Origin: Balanoglossus misakiensis
Lineage: Eukaryota; Animalia; Hemichordata
Direction: 5' to 3'
DNA length: 64,000 nt
Assembly (NCBI GenBank): GCA_040954595.2
Contig: CM082593.2
Span: 6,603,579-6,667,578, forward strand
Position numbers and translations under genes: made by a program. Positions 44,458 to 55,491 of the stretch are shown here, piece after piece. Numbering within the stretch: the first letter of the stretch is position 1; every line of letters starts with the position of its first letter. The notes beneath the pieces were generated by a model. It was not told where the DNA came from. It ran no database searches and was given only the letters and a program-made list of their open reading frames with translations.

Positions 44458-45599
44458 TTAGCTACTAGTAGAGGCAGGGGACCGTGTAGAGATAGACAGA
44501 CACATACAGGGGAGGGAGGGAGGGAGGGGGTAGGGAGAGAGGGGAAGGGGCAGAGAGCGAGAGGGGCAGGCGAAGGAGAGAGGGAGAGAGTCTGAATCGA
44601 CTGCAGAGACCACTACTTGTATGAGATGGAGGCCTGTACACAAAAAAGAAAGGTAACGCAAGGGGTAGCGACAAGCAGTGCGTCCACGGGTCACAGAACA
44701 GCTAACAAAAGTTCAAACGAGAACAACACAGGTCGATAAGGCTGTCATCACAATCAAAGGACTCTAAACAGGGGTACTTGACAAGTTAATATTTACAAAG
44801 CAAAGTGGAGTACCCCCGTATGTAGTGGACTCAGACGAGACCCAGCCCTCTTAGGGCGTGCGTAGGCGATTTGTTAAATACATGCCTGTTGATAGCCCTG
44901 ACAAGGTATAGTGAAGGGGCCATCCGTAGATGTCGCTATAGGGTTTGAAATTGATGGTAGCGCTTTTACGGTCCACTAGGTATGGGTGAACGCTCGGCGA
45001 GCCACGTACGGGTCAGTGAAAGTAATTCAGCGGCACGGGATCAGCATCGCGAGGCAGAGATTTCCCTATAATCTCTCCAAATAGGTATATATATAAGACA
45101 GGTGCCTCTGAACCAGATGTCAAAATTCAAGGTCACCTACAAAATTGCCACTAGCCAACTAAAGCAGAGACTATTCAGAAATCAAGTTCCCGGCTTTAAG
45201 GGAGTCAATTTACAAGCTCGCTGACTGATTCAGAGCGACAGCGAAATTAGTTCGGCGTTTTTCCAGTTCAGTGATCGGGGAGATGAAGGGGCAAATCCCG
45301 GTGTAAAACCCTCTTTAAGAGTTCGCTGTTAATTGCAGGGTGGGACACACAGCCCAGCGTCCGTCCAGGGCTCCCATTTACCTATAAACGTTTCAACTGG
45401 ACACAATGACTCGGATATGCAGGCTGTGATAATGGTCTCTCACAAGACATTTAACGTATAATCTAATCGCGCTATACTCTCGTTTACAGACACGGCGACG
45501 TCTTCCCCCGTGTCTCCTCTTTCTGTCCCGGCGCACGTGTCTCTCTCTCACCGCCTCTCCGTTTCTGCCTGTCCCTCTGCTGCTTGCCTGCCTGCCCGC

Positions 45600-45676
45600 C
45601 TGTCTCTCTCTCTCTCTCTCTGAGTTTATTTGTCCCTCTGTCTGTCTCTCTCTGTCTCTCTGTCCCTGTCTCTCTG

Positions 45677-45740
<64 letters not shown>

Positions 45741-45760
45741 TCCCTCCCTCTCTCTCTCTA
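45600..45760. repeat. (CT)n / (CTGT)n polypyrimidine microsatellite
   Basis: Directly visible. Confidence 0.95.
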
Positions 45761-48397
45761 TTTCCTTTACTGAAAATATACACTCAGAAGCGCTTGTACA
45801 GGACCTCCTTGCCACAGTATGCGCTCCGATTTTTTATTTGTTCTTTTCACGTGGAAAACATTGCTCTTTAAATGCCTGATTTCCATGAGCAATGGAACAC
45901 GGCCACGACTTGATTTTATGTGTATCCATTTACATTTGCCTCGGAAGCTGAACCATCAACCCTAATGGGACGATTCTTTTGATGGAACCCACCGAACCGT
46001 GTCAAGAATTCGATGATATCGACCCACACTAGCGCCAGCCATCCAACACACCTTTGCTGCTCCTGAACCTTAGTCTCGCGATCATCGAACCGGGTCATGA
46101 AATCCTCCCCGAAAATAAAAGTGTCTGAAATCGAAACTCGTTGGCACTTAAATTCCGGGTTAGATATTCTGCCGCCGGGCCAAATAACGGGCGTTGTTTG
46201 GATCGCTATATGAACAAATTTGACCGGAAATATTTAAATTTTAATTGAATTGGGGTAGTTAGCCCGAGTAATTAATCACGCGTTTATTCGGCGCGCTGTC
46301 AGGCTCACACACGCTGGACTTTTGTGACATCACAGAAAAAAAATGGCTAGTCGCATATCTTAATTATTCAAAACGACGTCCGTTTCATCAGTGTTAATTC
46401 GGGCAATTACAAAATTTTGGAGGCATTCGTCAGTCAACACAATAACATCTTGTCAACCATTTTGAAGGGGTGTACAACAAAAAATGTATATACATTACCC
46501 GACTCCCTAGATGAGTGTTTAAATATAGTCAACGTGTTTTCTAAAATTAAGTTTTCGTTAATCTACTTTACGTAAATGTCGAACGGACGGAACATACATT
46601 AAGGTGTGGCAAAAACTGCTTCGAAAGCATTTACCCTACATGATATTGGTTGTCACGGTCTATAAAATGTTTTGCGGAAAGATATCCATTTTTTTCACGT
46701 ACTTACGCCTGGCAGTGATACTATGATAATGTGTAGCTATAGGCAACCCCGCGCGCGCTCAACGCACTAAACCAGGCGGCGCTCAACGCATATCCAACAG
46801 CTGTACTCGAAAGCTGTTATTTTTTGTCCTGCTGAAAAACATTAGCGTGTTGGTTTTGTTGAAATCTCAAGAAGTTTTCGGCTGTAGGCAGTTTGTTTTT
46901 GAAAGACCTCTTCGATCGCCACTTTGCGAAACTACCAGTCAAGTAGACATTTAGAAGAAAAATATGATCCCCGCTGGTTAAAATGGGAGGTATACCGTTA
47001 AATTGTCATGCAGGTGTTTCCCAAAATGAATTAAAAACGATAAATTAATTGATTTTATGTTGGTACATTATTAACGGAAATGTACACGCTTATTAATTCG
47101 CTATTAATATTTTGCGTGTTCATTTGACTGTAGGGCACTGGGAAGGCTAGGCGCCATTGTTTGACTAACTGATCAACATGACATTAAGTCAAGTCAAAGC
47201 AGACGAATGTCCTCATTGGGAGGTCATACTTTTGGAGTTAAAGAAGTAAGTCAAACATAGAATGTTTTTCAAGTTCGATATTCGATACAGTTGAGAGAGA
47301 GAGCAAGAGAGAGATGGGGAGGGAGGGAGGGGGAGGGGAGGGGGGCGGACGGACGGAGGGGAGAGAGAGAGAGCCTGAGACAGCGACAGACAGACATATC
47401 GGGACGTTCTGTTCTACGTCAATTGTTTAATACTCGAAACTGTGGACATTTATCATAATTTTACTTTACACGTTAAACTCTAATATTTTGTGTCACCAAC
47501 GTGTTAAGTCAACCTATGTGCCCGAAACCAATTTGACACCGTTTCGCGTTGAACGGATACACTGCATTAAACCACTCAATGCTGTATAGTGGTGTATATT
47601 TTGGTGTTTTGTTATCGGTGCTGTAGAATCCGCGACCAATATTCCGGAAATAATTGTAAACGATATGTGGTCGTCTAGGTAACAGAACACGTGACCGGTG
47701 CACCAAAATCAGGGAAATGATGACGAAGAAAGGGGATATCCCCCCCCCCCCACACACACACACATCTCCAGTAGGGCGTGCTCCGATACAGACTCGTAAA
47801 CAAGACATTATTGCAAAGCAGGCTTCAATTCTTCTCGCCGTACAAAAAAATGTGTCAGTGGTTTTCCCCGCAAATTTGCCGAATAGATATAAAAATTTAC
47901 TTTTATGTAAACAGCCTTTTAAGTGGGATTTCGAACTTTAACCTAACTTTGACGTTTAAATGTCTTGACAAGGAAAATCGCGAAACCCCCATTCGCCAGC
48001 CCACACCTGCAATAACAAATTTGCGGTAAAAGTTACAACCGTCGGAAAATGCAACAAAAATACGCCGGTAATTTCTCCTGCAAATCCTCAAAGCCAATAA
48101 AGCGGTCGCCCCTTGTTGTTTTTGGCGAGATTGTTCCAGAAATTGATTTCCCACGTGAATGACGTTAGGTTTCACGACTATGGAATTTGTGTTTAGAGAA
48201 CTTTAACATAATAATGGCTGTCCCCCCTCTGTATTTGTAAGAACACGGTATCAAAGCTTTTTAATAACAAGTTATTATTACTCCGGTATTGAATAGCTAA
48301 ATCTCACCGCTATGAGGTTGGTGCGCGAAAATCGCCCGTCCTTCGGTGTGGACGCGATGGTCTGTGTAGTATTGGTTAAACAACCTGTCTTCTTTAA

Positions 48398-48744
48398 AGG
48401 GACAAAGTCTCTCTCTCGCTACCCTTTTTCAATTAATTATGTCTGATACAAGACACCGTTTATGTTATTCTACATGTGTATATATAGTGAATCAACGTTC
48501 GACCACACAGAACTTCCATCCTGTTTGTAAGATATGAGAGTAAAAATCTCGCCAAAATGAATAAATGGTAGAGACCGATTATTCATTTTGACGAGTTTTT
48601 CAGTCTTGTGTCTGCAAGTGGGACGGAAGTTGTGTGTGGTCGAACTTTGATTCACTATATATCTACATCTACATTAACATAAACGGTGTCTTGTATCAAA
48701 CATAATAAGTGGGAAAAGGGCTGCAAGAGAGAGACTTTGTCCCT
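48398..48744. mobile_element. Non-autonomous DNA transposon (MITE), TTAA target site, Kolobok-like termini
   Basis: TTAA|AGGGACAAAGTCTCTCTCT...AGAGAGAGACTTTGTCCCT|TTAA. Imperfect TIRs extend ~70 bp, including TGATACAAGACACCGTTTATGTTA / TAACATAAACGGTGTCTTGTATCA. Confidence 0.85.
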
Positions 48745-51700
48745 TTAATGGGGGGGGGGGGAGATTTGCCTTGGAAAAAAGCGCGTCCCCCGAACAATGC
48801 GTCGACCTATTGGCCTCGCCAATAAATGTCAAGTTCTGTTGCTCAGGCAGCCGTAAGTTGTGGGAAGGCATGGAGATGAAATCTAGAAACCTGACATACA
48901 GAAGTTTTCCAAAATGTAGCTCGAATTTGAAATTGTAGGCGAGCCAATAATTATGTCAAGAGACACGAGAACAGAATCTTTCTTTTTATGTCAATATATT
49001 ACATGCATATTCTTGGTCAGGTTGGCCGGTGCTACTTTAGTGGGCATACGGTTCGGTCGGTGTTATTTCATGGACCCCGAACATCGTTCAATATTTGTGA
49101 GGTCGATCTTTTCGTTTCGGATTCATTCAATATTTGTGTTATGGATTATATCATGATTTGAGTGGAAAGAATTCTGGCGTCGCATTGATGAAGTAAAGTA
49201 TTTGCAGGTATAGAGTATTGCACAAGCGTATGTAAAGTACTGATGAACAACGGTTTTGTACTACATCAAACCAAAGTAAGTGGACTATATGTTGGGTCGA
49301 GTGAATTCTTTCAGTGAGAACTTTCAGGTCTCGAGTGGAGTGGAGTGTACTTAAACGAAAGTACCTCTCATTATTTGCCGTTGATCTGTGATGACCATGT
49401 TGAAATTAATTCTCGGGATACAATGCTTAATTAGAAGTAACCAGACGTGATGACAGCTTTCTGTGCTCTTTGCTTGTTAAACTTCCGGATCCTGGCGCGG
49501 GTCGGTCGGCAGCCCCTGTGTTGCCGGACCAACCCGCCCGGAGGCGAGTCGTTTTTTTGGAGAACGAGAAGGGCCTCGAAAAAATTGACCACTGAAGAGG
49601 TAATCTACCGGCAGCGGACTCACGGCCTCGTCAAATCTGACAACGTCTCGACAATGGCGGGAGATTAGAGGAAACACTGTGCCCCGGCCGGCGCGTTTAA
49701 TGAGTCGGAGCGGCGTCGCGAGTCGCCCGTAAATGCTTTCTAAATTATCGATAAATAACCACAAAATGCGGTAGTGTCTGTATTCCGCGCACACCGACGA
49801 TTGCCAACCCCCAAACAATGCAGAATAAGCAAATAATGGACAGATCGATATTCTGCCGGCTTACACCTGCCCGGAGTCGACAAATACAACGAATTTAACA
49901 CTTTTCTCATATACGGCCTGTACGCACTGGGGCAGTATTATTTAAGGCATGCAACCGCTTTCTCGTCAAATTCTATACTCATTTATCTTGAACTTCAGTC
50001 CTGCATTGTACGCGCATGTTATTCTTAGATCTCCGTGTGCTGCGCGGGATGAAGTCACGTTCCCCTGGCAACAAAGGTATAACGTCGTCGACGACGTTCG
50101 GATTTTTTTTGTCAAGGACTAATAACCGGCGCAACAATATATCGTTACCTTCGCGTGCACTGTGGTTCGTCCTTGGCAACCAGCGTCTTGTGTTTTGTCA
50201 GGGATTCGAGCACAATCGATTACAATGAAGCCGCGACCGAAATGGTTCTTTACATATAGCACAGTATCTATGGCAATTATAATTTGGGTCAAAATGCGAT
50301 GACGGAGCATGTACAGCCTCTAAAGGCCAATATTTGTTGACGTGGACAATCTATAAACACAAACAATTAATTTAACAAAGGGTCAGCTGTGAATAACATA
50401 GGCCTATTCCCCTTTAAAATAAAAGGCTCAATAGACAACTTGTAAAGCTCAAAGCGAAGTCTAAGGGGAAACACGAATCGGTATTTTCAGAAAAACATAA
50501 ATCGATCATTTTTAATTCAGTACCTGCCAAAAATAACAACAGAGAGAAAATGACGAACACTTTCGGTTTGTAAATTAATTTCTTTCTTTTTTAAGGTGGG
50601 GCTCATTTTGAACATGACGGAGTTGAATTTCCAATATTTGAAAATAGGCTAAAATTCAGTGGTACATATTTATATGACAATGATTTCAGAAATGGGTCAA
50701 CGACAATACCGGCATTGTTTGTGCGCAACCGAGCCTGGACCATTTGCGTCTGAATTTCGCAGAGGGGAAAAACTTGCCCGAGGCTACCTGGTCCGTTTTC
50801 TCTTGACTGGGAGAAACCTAACACAAAGTTAATTAATACCTATACCTAGTACCTAGCGTGCATAATTCAACATCGTTTAAAAGGATATTGATTTAGGGGG
50901 AAGGAGAGAACACGAAAATATTGAAACGACAAACAACGTTGGATGACAAAGGTTTAGTATCAAGTTTTATTCGGTCGACGGCGCTGAATACACACGGGTC
51001 AGTTTCCATGTCTCGTTGCCTGAGTAAAATGAGACGGGCAAAAAATGTGAGGGTTGCTAAGAGCCTGTTTTTTTATGTTGTCGTTGTTGTTTTTGTATTC
51101 CGAATGGCTGTGGACAACAAGAAAGGTAAATAAAACGTAAACAAGAAACGTCAAAGATTTCAAAGAAGAATTATTCGTCTGGTTAGAAATCGTGGCGGTG
51201 ATGGATATACAGACGCGGCGGAACAGACAGACTACCGGGATCGCTATCGCATATCAGTTCAATATTAGCGGACTGGAACCGTGAACGCCGTGGGTCTCGT
51301 GCGAATGATATGGGTAATGGGGTAATTTCAGTCAATCGAACTTAAATGTTTTCTTTAATTATTCAAATATTGACCCACCCGTGCATTTCAAACAAGTTTC
51401 GTTTGAATCCGAGCTCGGATTCAAAGTGTTCCATTAATTTTTCATCGAAAATGCTGGGTGAGAAGGGATCTTGTATACACACTGGTTATGGAGTAAAGTG
51501 AAATTTATCCATAAAAGCACCTTAGTCAAATGAACGCACAAATTTGTCTGAAGGGGAAACTTTTATGGACAAAGAAAGTTTATTTCTTGACTTGCAAACG
51601 TTTTCAAACAAATGTAGTATACGTTTAGTATAGGCCCTACAACTTTTTTTCTACTATTTGACATTCGTCGCCTAATTGATTGCTCGATGATTCTATCAAG

Positions 51701-53955
51701 TTTGCGATTGGATAGATGGTTGTATGGAAGGAGAAGGGAATGAGGGAGAGAGGCATGCAGACAGGCAGGAAGGGGAGGCAGGCAGGCAGGGAGAGAGGCG
51801 GGATTGGGAGAGGGGGAGGGAGAGAGGGGAGACTGCCAGGGCTGGATGTGGATCCGCGTCTGAATACCGATGCAGCGCGTGCTAGATTTGACAGAAAACA
51901 AGAAATTACAAAAGTCACCCAGATGTCATAAACCCTAGGAATGACATTTAGGGGCCTAAGCAAACCTATACCCCCTCCCCCTCCACGCTCACCAACAAGA
52001 GAGTGCATGACCCGGACAACAGGTGGCGTTCTTTGTCTCGGACGCCTCAGCCTTCTGTGTTCCTCCTACTAAATGCCAACCCGGGAAACGTCAAGTTTTG
52101 TTATCAGAAGAGACAATCTGAAGTGTGCAATAAACGTGGGTCCATAAACACGGCTTCATAATCATAAAAATCTGAGATAAGCGTTTCATTCTCGCTTAAT
52201 GGTCATTGCGCACAACACTATGCGGACTGGGTGGGGCTTGGCAAATAAGCACAGCGTGCGCCCTCCTTGGTACGAGCAAACAACTAAAAGGTTTATAAAG
52301 AAAACTTGCTTTGTGTTTAAATTTCTGAATTTGAAAAGTGTACACAAATCACACACAAAATTATTTAAGGAAAGGGAAAATTGCTGATTTACATCATTAT
52401 AACATTTTCATATTGTCATTAGGCCTAATGTCCTTAAAACTACAAACTTCAAAAAAGGCATGACAGGGATGCTGAATCGCGGACTCGGATAAAGAAACAA
52501 ATAAAACAACGTCTGTCAACTAAGATTAGGATAAAATTCTTAACCCTCCGTGGATAAAATATTTTATTAAATTTTAAATATGCGTCGAAGACAGTAACGT
52601 TTACCCGCTAATCGTGGCCAATCATAAACAGCCTTACGAGACCTACGTGTATGCACACTGACAGTACTGGGCATGCATACGTGAGCCGCTGAACTTAATT
52701 ATTGAACTATGTTTACGTAGGAACCTACAAAAATAATTTTTAGACTCTTCGCTTTCCGAGTACACGTACTAGGGTAGCATGTTCGAAAATGACTGATCCG
52801 AGTATTTTTCTTATTTAACTTTGAAGAGAACGGCTTACCGCCCTCGGTGGTGTCCGAAGTTTCAAATCAGCGCTTACAACTTGTGAAAACAAAAGCAAGA
52901 TTCGCTGCAACATGGGGGCGCCCTTTCAACCTGAACACCTGTATTCTATTTTGGGCATATAATTATGCCGTTGTGGTTTGTGGTTAGAAAGAAACGTCAA
53001 AGTAGTCCTTACCTTGCGCACTGGGCTTTTGTGGCCGGTTCATAAAATCAGCACCAACTTCTCAAGTACATTTGTGGCATATTGTCATCTGTCAGGGGTC
53101 CTTGTATCTCTGGCCGTACTCCTGCTGTTGGCTACGGGTCACAAGAAGAAAGAGGCGTTACCTACTCCCTCTTTGCTGTAATCTGTGTACTACCACCTGA
53201 GTAACGCTCTGGAAGCTGTTTGAATTTGCTATATGCCAATAATGTTGGGACAGGATTACTTTAAAATGTCTAGAACATACCCGAGAATAGTAATTAAGCG
53301 AGAAACTACCTTTACAGCGGCGCAACATCGTCCTCGTCCGGGCTTCAGCCTCAGTTTCCTTGCCTTGCAATTAGTCCATGAAGTGGGACGGCATAGAATA
53401 TCACACCACACGTTTCCAGGGATATTTAACCAAATTCCTCTGCTTGTCCTCGGTAGCTGTGCATCCAGCAGCGCTTCATATAAAACGGACCATTCTGCCT
53501 CTTTCTTGGTGTCTGCAAACTGCAAATTGCTATGTTGACACAGCAAACGAAACAATCCTGTCAACGACTGTTCCGTAGAACGCTACGATGCGCCATTTTA
53601 GCCATGTGTAAATGAGGACTTATATGCAAATGAGAAGAAGTTCCGGCGTACGCGCACGCATCTTCACAAACGGAGCCGTTACCCGTAGTGACGTGTAGTA
53701 TCTGTATCGACATACATGATAGGCCAGTAACAACGTGTGCTACTGACAAAATAAAAGATATCAATAGGAAATTATGGGGGCGCTGTTTATTACGCGCTCG
53801 TCATGATTTCATTCAGGGGATACAATGAGCTCGCTGACGGAGCGACTTTCCTTTATTCATACATGAAATTTGTAAACATAACAACTGCAAACGAAGCACT
53901 TGGAAAATCGCTGATTCGCAAACAGCCACACATAGACACATTGTTTGGTGGAGAG

Positions 53956-54007
53956 TGACGTCACAGGCACAGACTACAAAAAGACGACAGTCTGGCCGCA
54001 TCGGGCA
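53956..54007 (+). promoter_or_regulatory. CRE + TATA-like promoter of structured-RNA unit 1
   Basis: TGACGTCA 53956-53963, TACAAAAA 53975-53982, GCAGACA putative start ~54007. Spacing matches unit 2. Confidence 0.55.
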
Positions 54008-54322
54008 GACATCACCAACCAGCAGCCCTCCCTGGACATTCCCAGCCTGTCGAAATGACAGACTGGAAGTGGGTGTTGTCCCACCTGAAACGCACCTGAT
54101 CCAAAGAGCGGCTTACTTCGTACCTATGTAGGGTTTTATCTCTGCATAACTGTACCGGTTCTCAGTGCGTTCACGCAAGCCGCCTCGCCATCACCGGTCA
54201 CCGGTGCTTTGAGGCTGTGTTCGTACCTGGGGGCCACCTGTTTGTGTAGATGTGTTGCCAGGGAGTCTGTTTTTCGTATCCATGGCACGTTTATACACGT
54301 AGGCGGCTCTCTGGAGTAAACC
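54007..54322 (+). ncRNA. Putative structured RNA, unit 1 (unknown family; also contains short ORF MTDWKWVLSHLKRT at 54055-54099)
   Basis: Paralog of 55169-55491; 131-nt core (54111-54241) differs at 5 positions. 5', internal and 3' hairpins are retained in both copies through wobble/compensatory changes. Confidence 0.55.
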
Positions 54323-54669
54323 ACCGCATCGAGACACTCTACATTCGCTGAAGGTGACACTACACGACTGCGTCCAGAGGAGAGTTTTCGAGTCCATGCA
54401 CTGATATTAACAAAACGTTACATAATTATACCTGGTAAACGTCCATAATATCCGAATGTAACAGGCTAATCAATTATTATACAGTAATAACTAATATACT
54501 GCATTCAAGTTCAAACTCAGTTGAATTCATGTGCAAAAGCTAACATAACAACACACACACACACACAATATTGGCAAGCAAAAAGACCGCATGTTTTATC
54601 ATAGTAAATATGTACATTAGTAAATTGTAGTTTTGCAAAGGAAGTTACTGAAAACTGCATAAACTTTAA

Positions 54670-54843
54670 AGGTATACGGTCACCTCCAATTTACATATCG
54701 CCATATATAGTTGAAATGGCGTATTTGAGTGTTCTAAAGAACGCTTTATTTTCGCGTGTGCCACCCACTGAAAATCTGTGATTGGTTAGATCTCGATTTA
54801 CCATGGTAACTGTGGCTAAATTTGTATAGGTGACCGTATACCT
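54670..54843. mobile_element. MITE with TTAA target site and 16-bp perfect TIR (Kolobok-like)
   Basis: TTAA|AGGTATACGGTCACCT...AGGTGACCGTATACCT|TTAA. Confidence 0.85.
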
Positions 54844-55072
54844 TTAATAGCTACTGTCCTGGTAGCTGTAGGAAAAATGAGGCCGGAAACAAAAAAGCCA
54901 TGTTCAGAAAAAAGTAGACATCTTATCTTCTCTTTTTCACCAGTTGATCCCCTTTGACACTTTTGCTTCGTTTCGGAACTTCCCCTTTTAAATTTTTTGC
55001 CTACCCTGCACGATTGCAAGTTGTGAAGTCAGCATTTTCCTTGCAGACATTTTCGTCAGCATTTTCACCAAG

Positions 55073-55169
55073 CCAATCAAAAGCCTCACCGGTGACGTCA
55101 TATTCTGTTTATGGAAACGCGCGTGACGTCACAGGGCGTATAAAAGCAGTGCGTGACCGACGCACTGCA
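55073..55169 (+). promoter_or_regulatory. CCAAT + two CREs + TATA promoter of structured-RNA unit 2
   Basis: CCAAT ~55073, TGACGTCA at 55093-55100 and 55124-55131, TATAAAA 55139-55145, GCAGACA start ~55169 (30 nt after the TATA). Confidence 0.7.
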
Positions 55170-55491
55170 GACACTTCGCCTTACAGGACATCGTTGGGAC
55201 TGTTTCAGCCTGTCAAGATGACGGACTGGAAATGGGTGTTGTCTCGCGTTGGTCAGAAAACTCCCCCCTGACTGACAAAGCTTACTTCGTACCTATGTAG
55301 GGTTTTATCTCTGCATAACTGTACCGGTTCTCAGTGCGATCACGCAAGCGGCCTCGCGATCACCGGTCGCCGGTGCTTTGAGGTTGTGTTCGTACCTGGG
55401 GGCCACCTGTCTGTATAGATATGTTGTCGAAAGGTATGTTTTTAGAAATCCTTCAACATTTGTACACATCGGTGGCTCCAGGTTCTAGACC
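55169..55491 (+). ncRNA. Putative structured RNA, unit 2 (unknown family; also contains short ORF MTDWKWVLSRVGQKTPP at 55218-55271)
   Basis: Paralog of unit 1; long 3' hairpin CCTGGGGGCCACC...GGTGGCTCCAGG (55395-55482) with inner stem TGTATAGAT(AT)GTTG/CAACATTTGTACA. Confidence 0.55.

Noticed and set aside
45393-45871. (RE)n and (LS)n ORFs
   Set aside because: Translations of the (CT)n tract.
54055-54319. Faint resemblance of the fused ORF1/+1 peptide to BLCAP/BC10 (W6, GFYL, similar length)
   Set aside because: The conserved ERKPCxxC core of BC10 is absent; the similarity is too weak to claim by eye.
54097-54322. Selenoprotein (UGA plus SECIS), HDV/CPEB3-like ribozyme (GGGGGCCAC, GCGTTCACG), IRE (CAGTG) or pre-miRNA readings of the duplicated unit
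   Set aside because: No AUGA/GA SECIS core; the ribozyme-like fragments are in the wrong order with no nested pseudoknot; no IRE stem; the upper stem of the long 3' hairpin is too divergent between copies for a shared mature miRNA.
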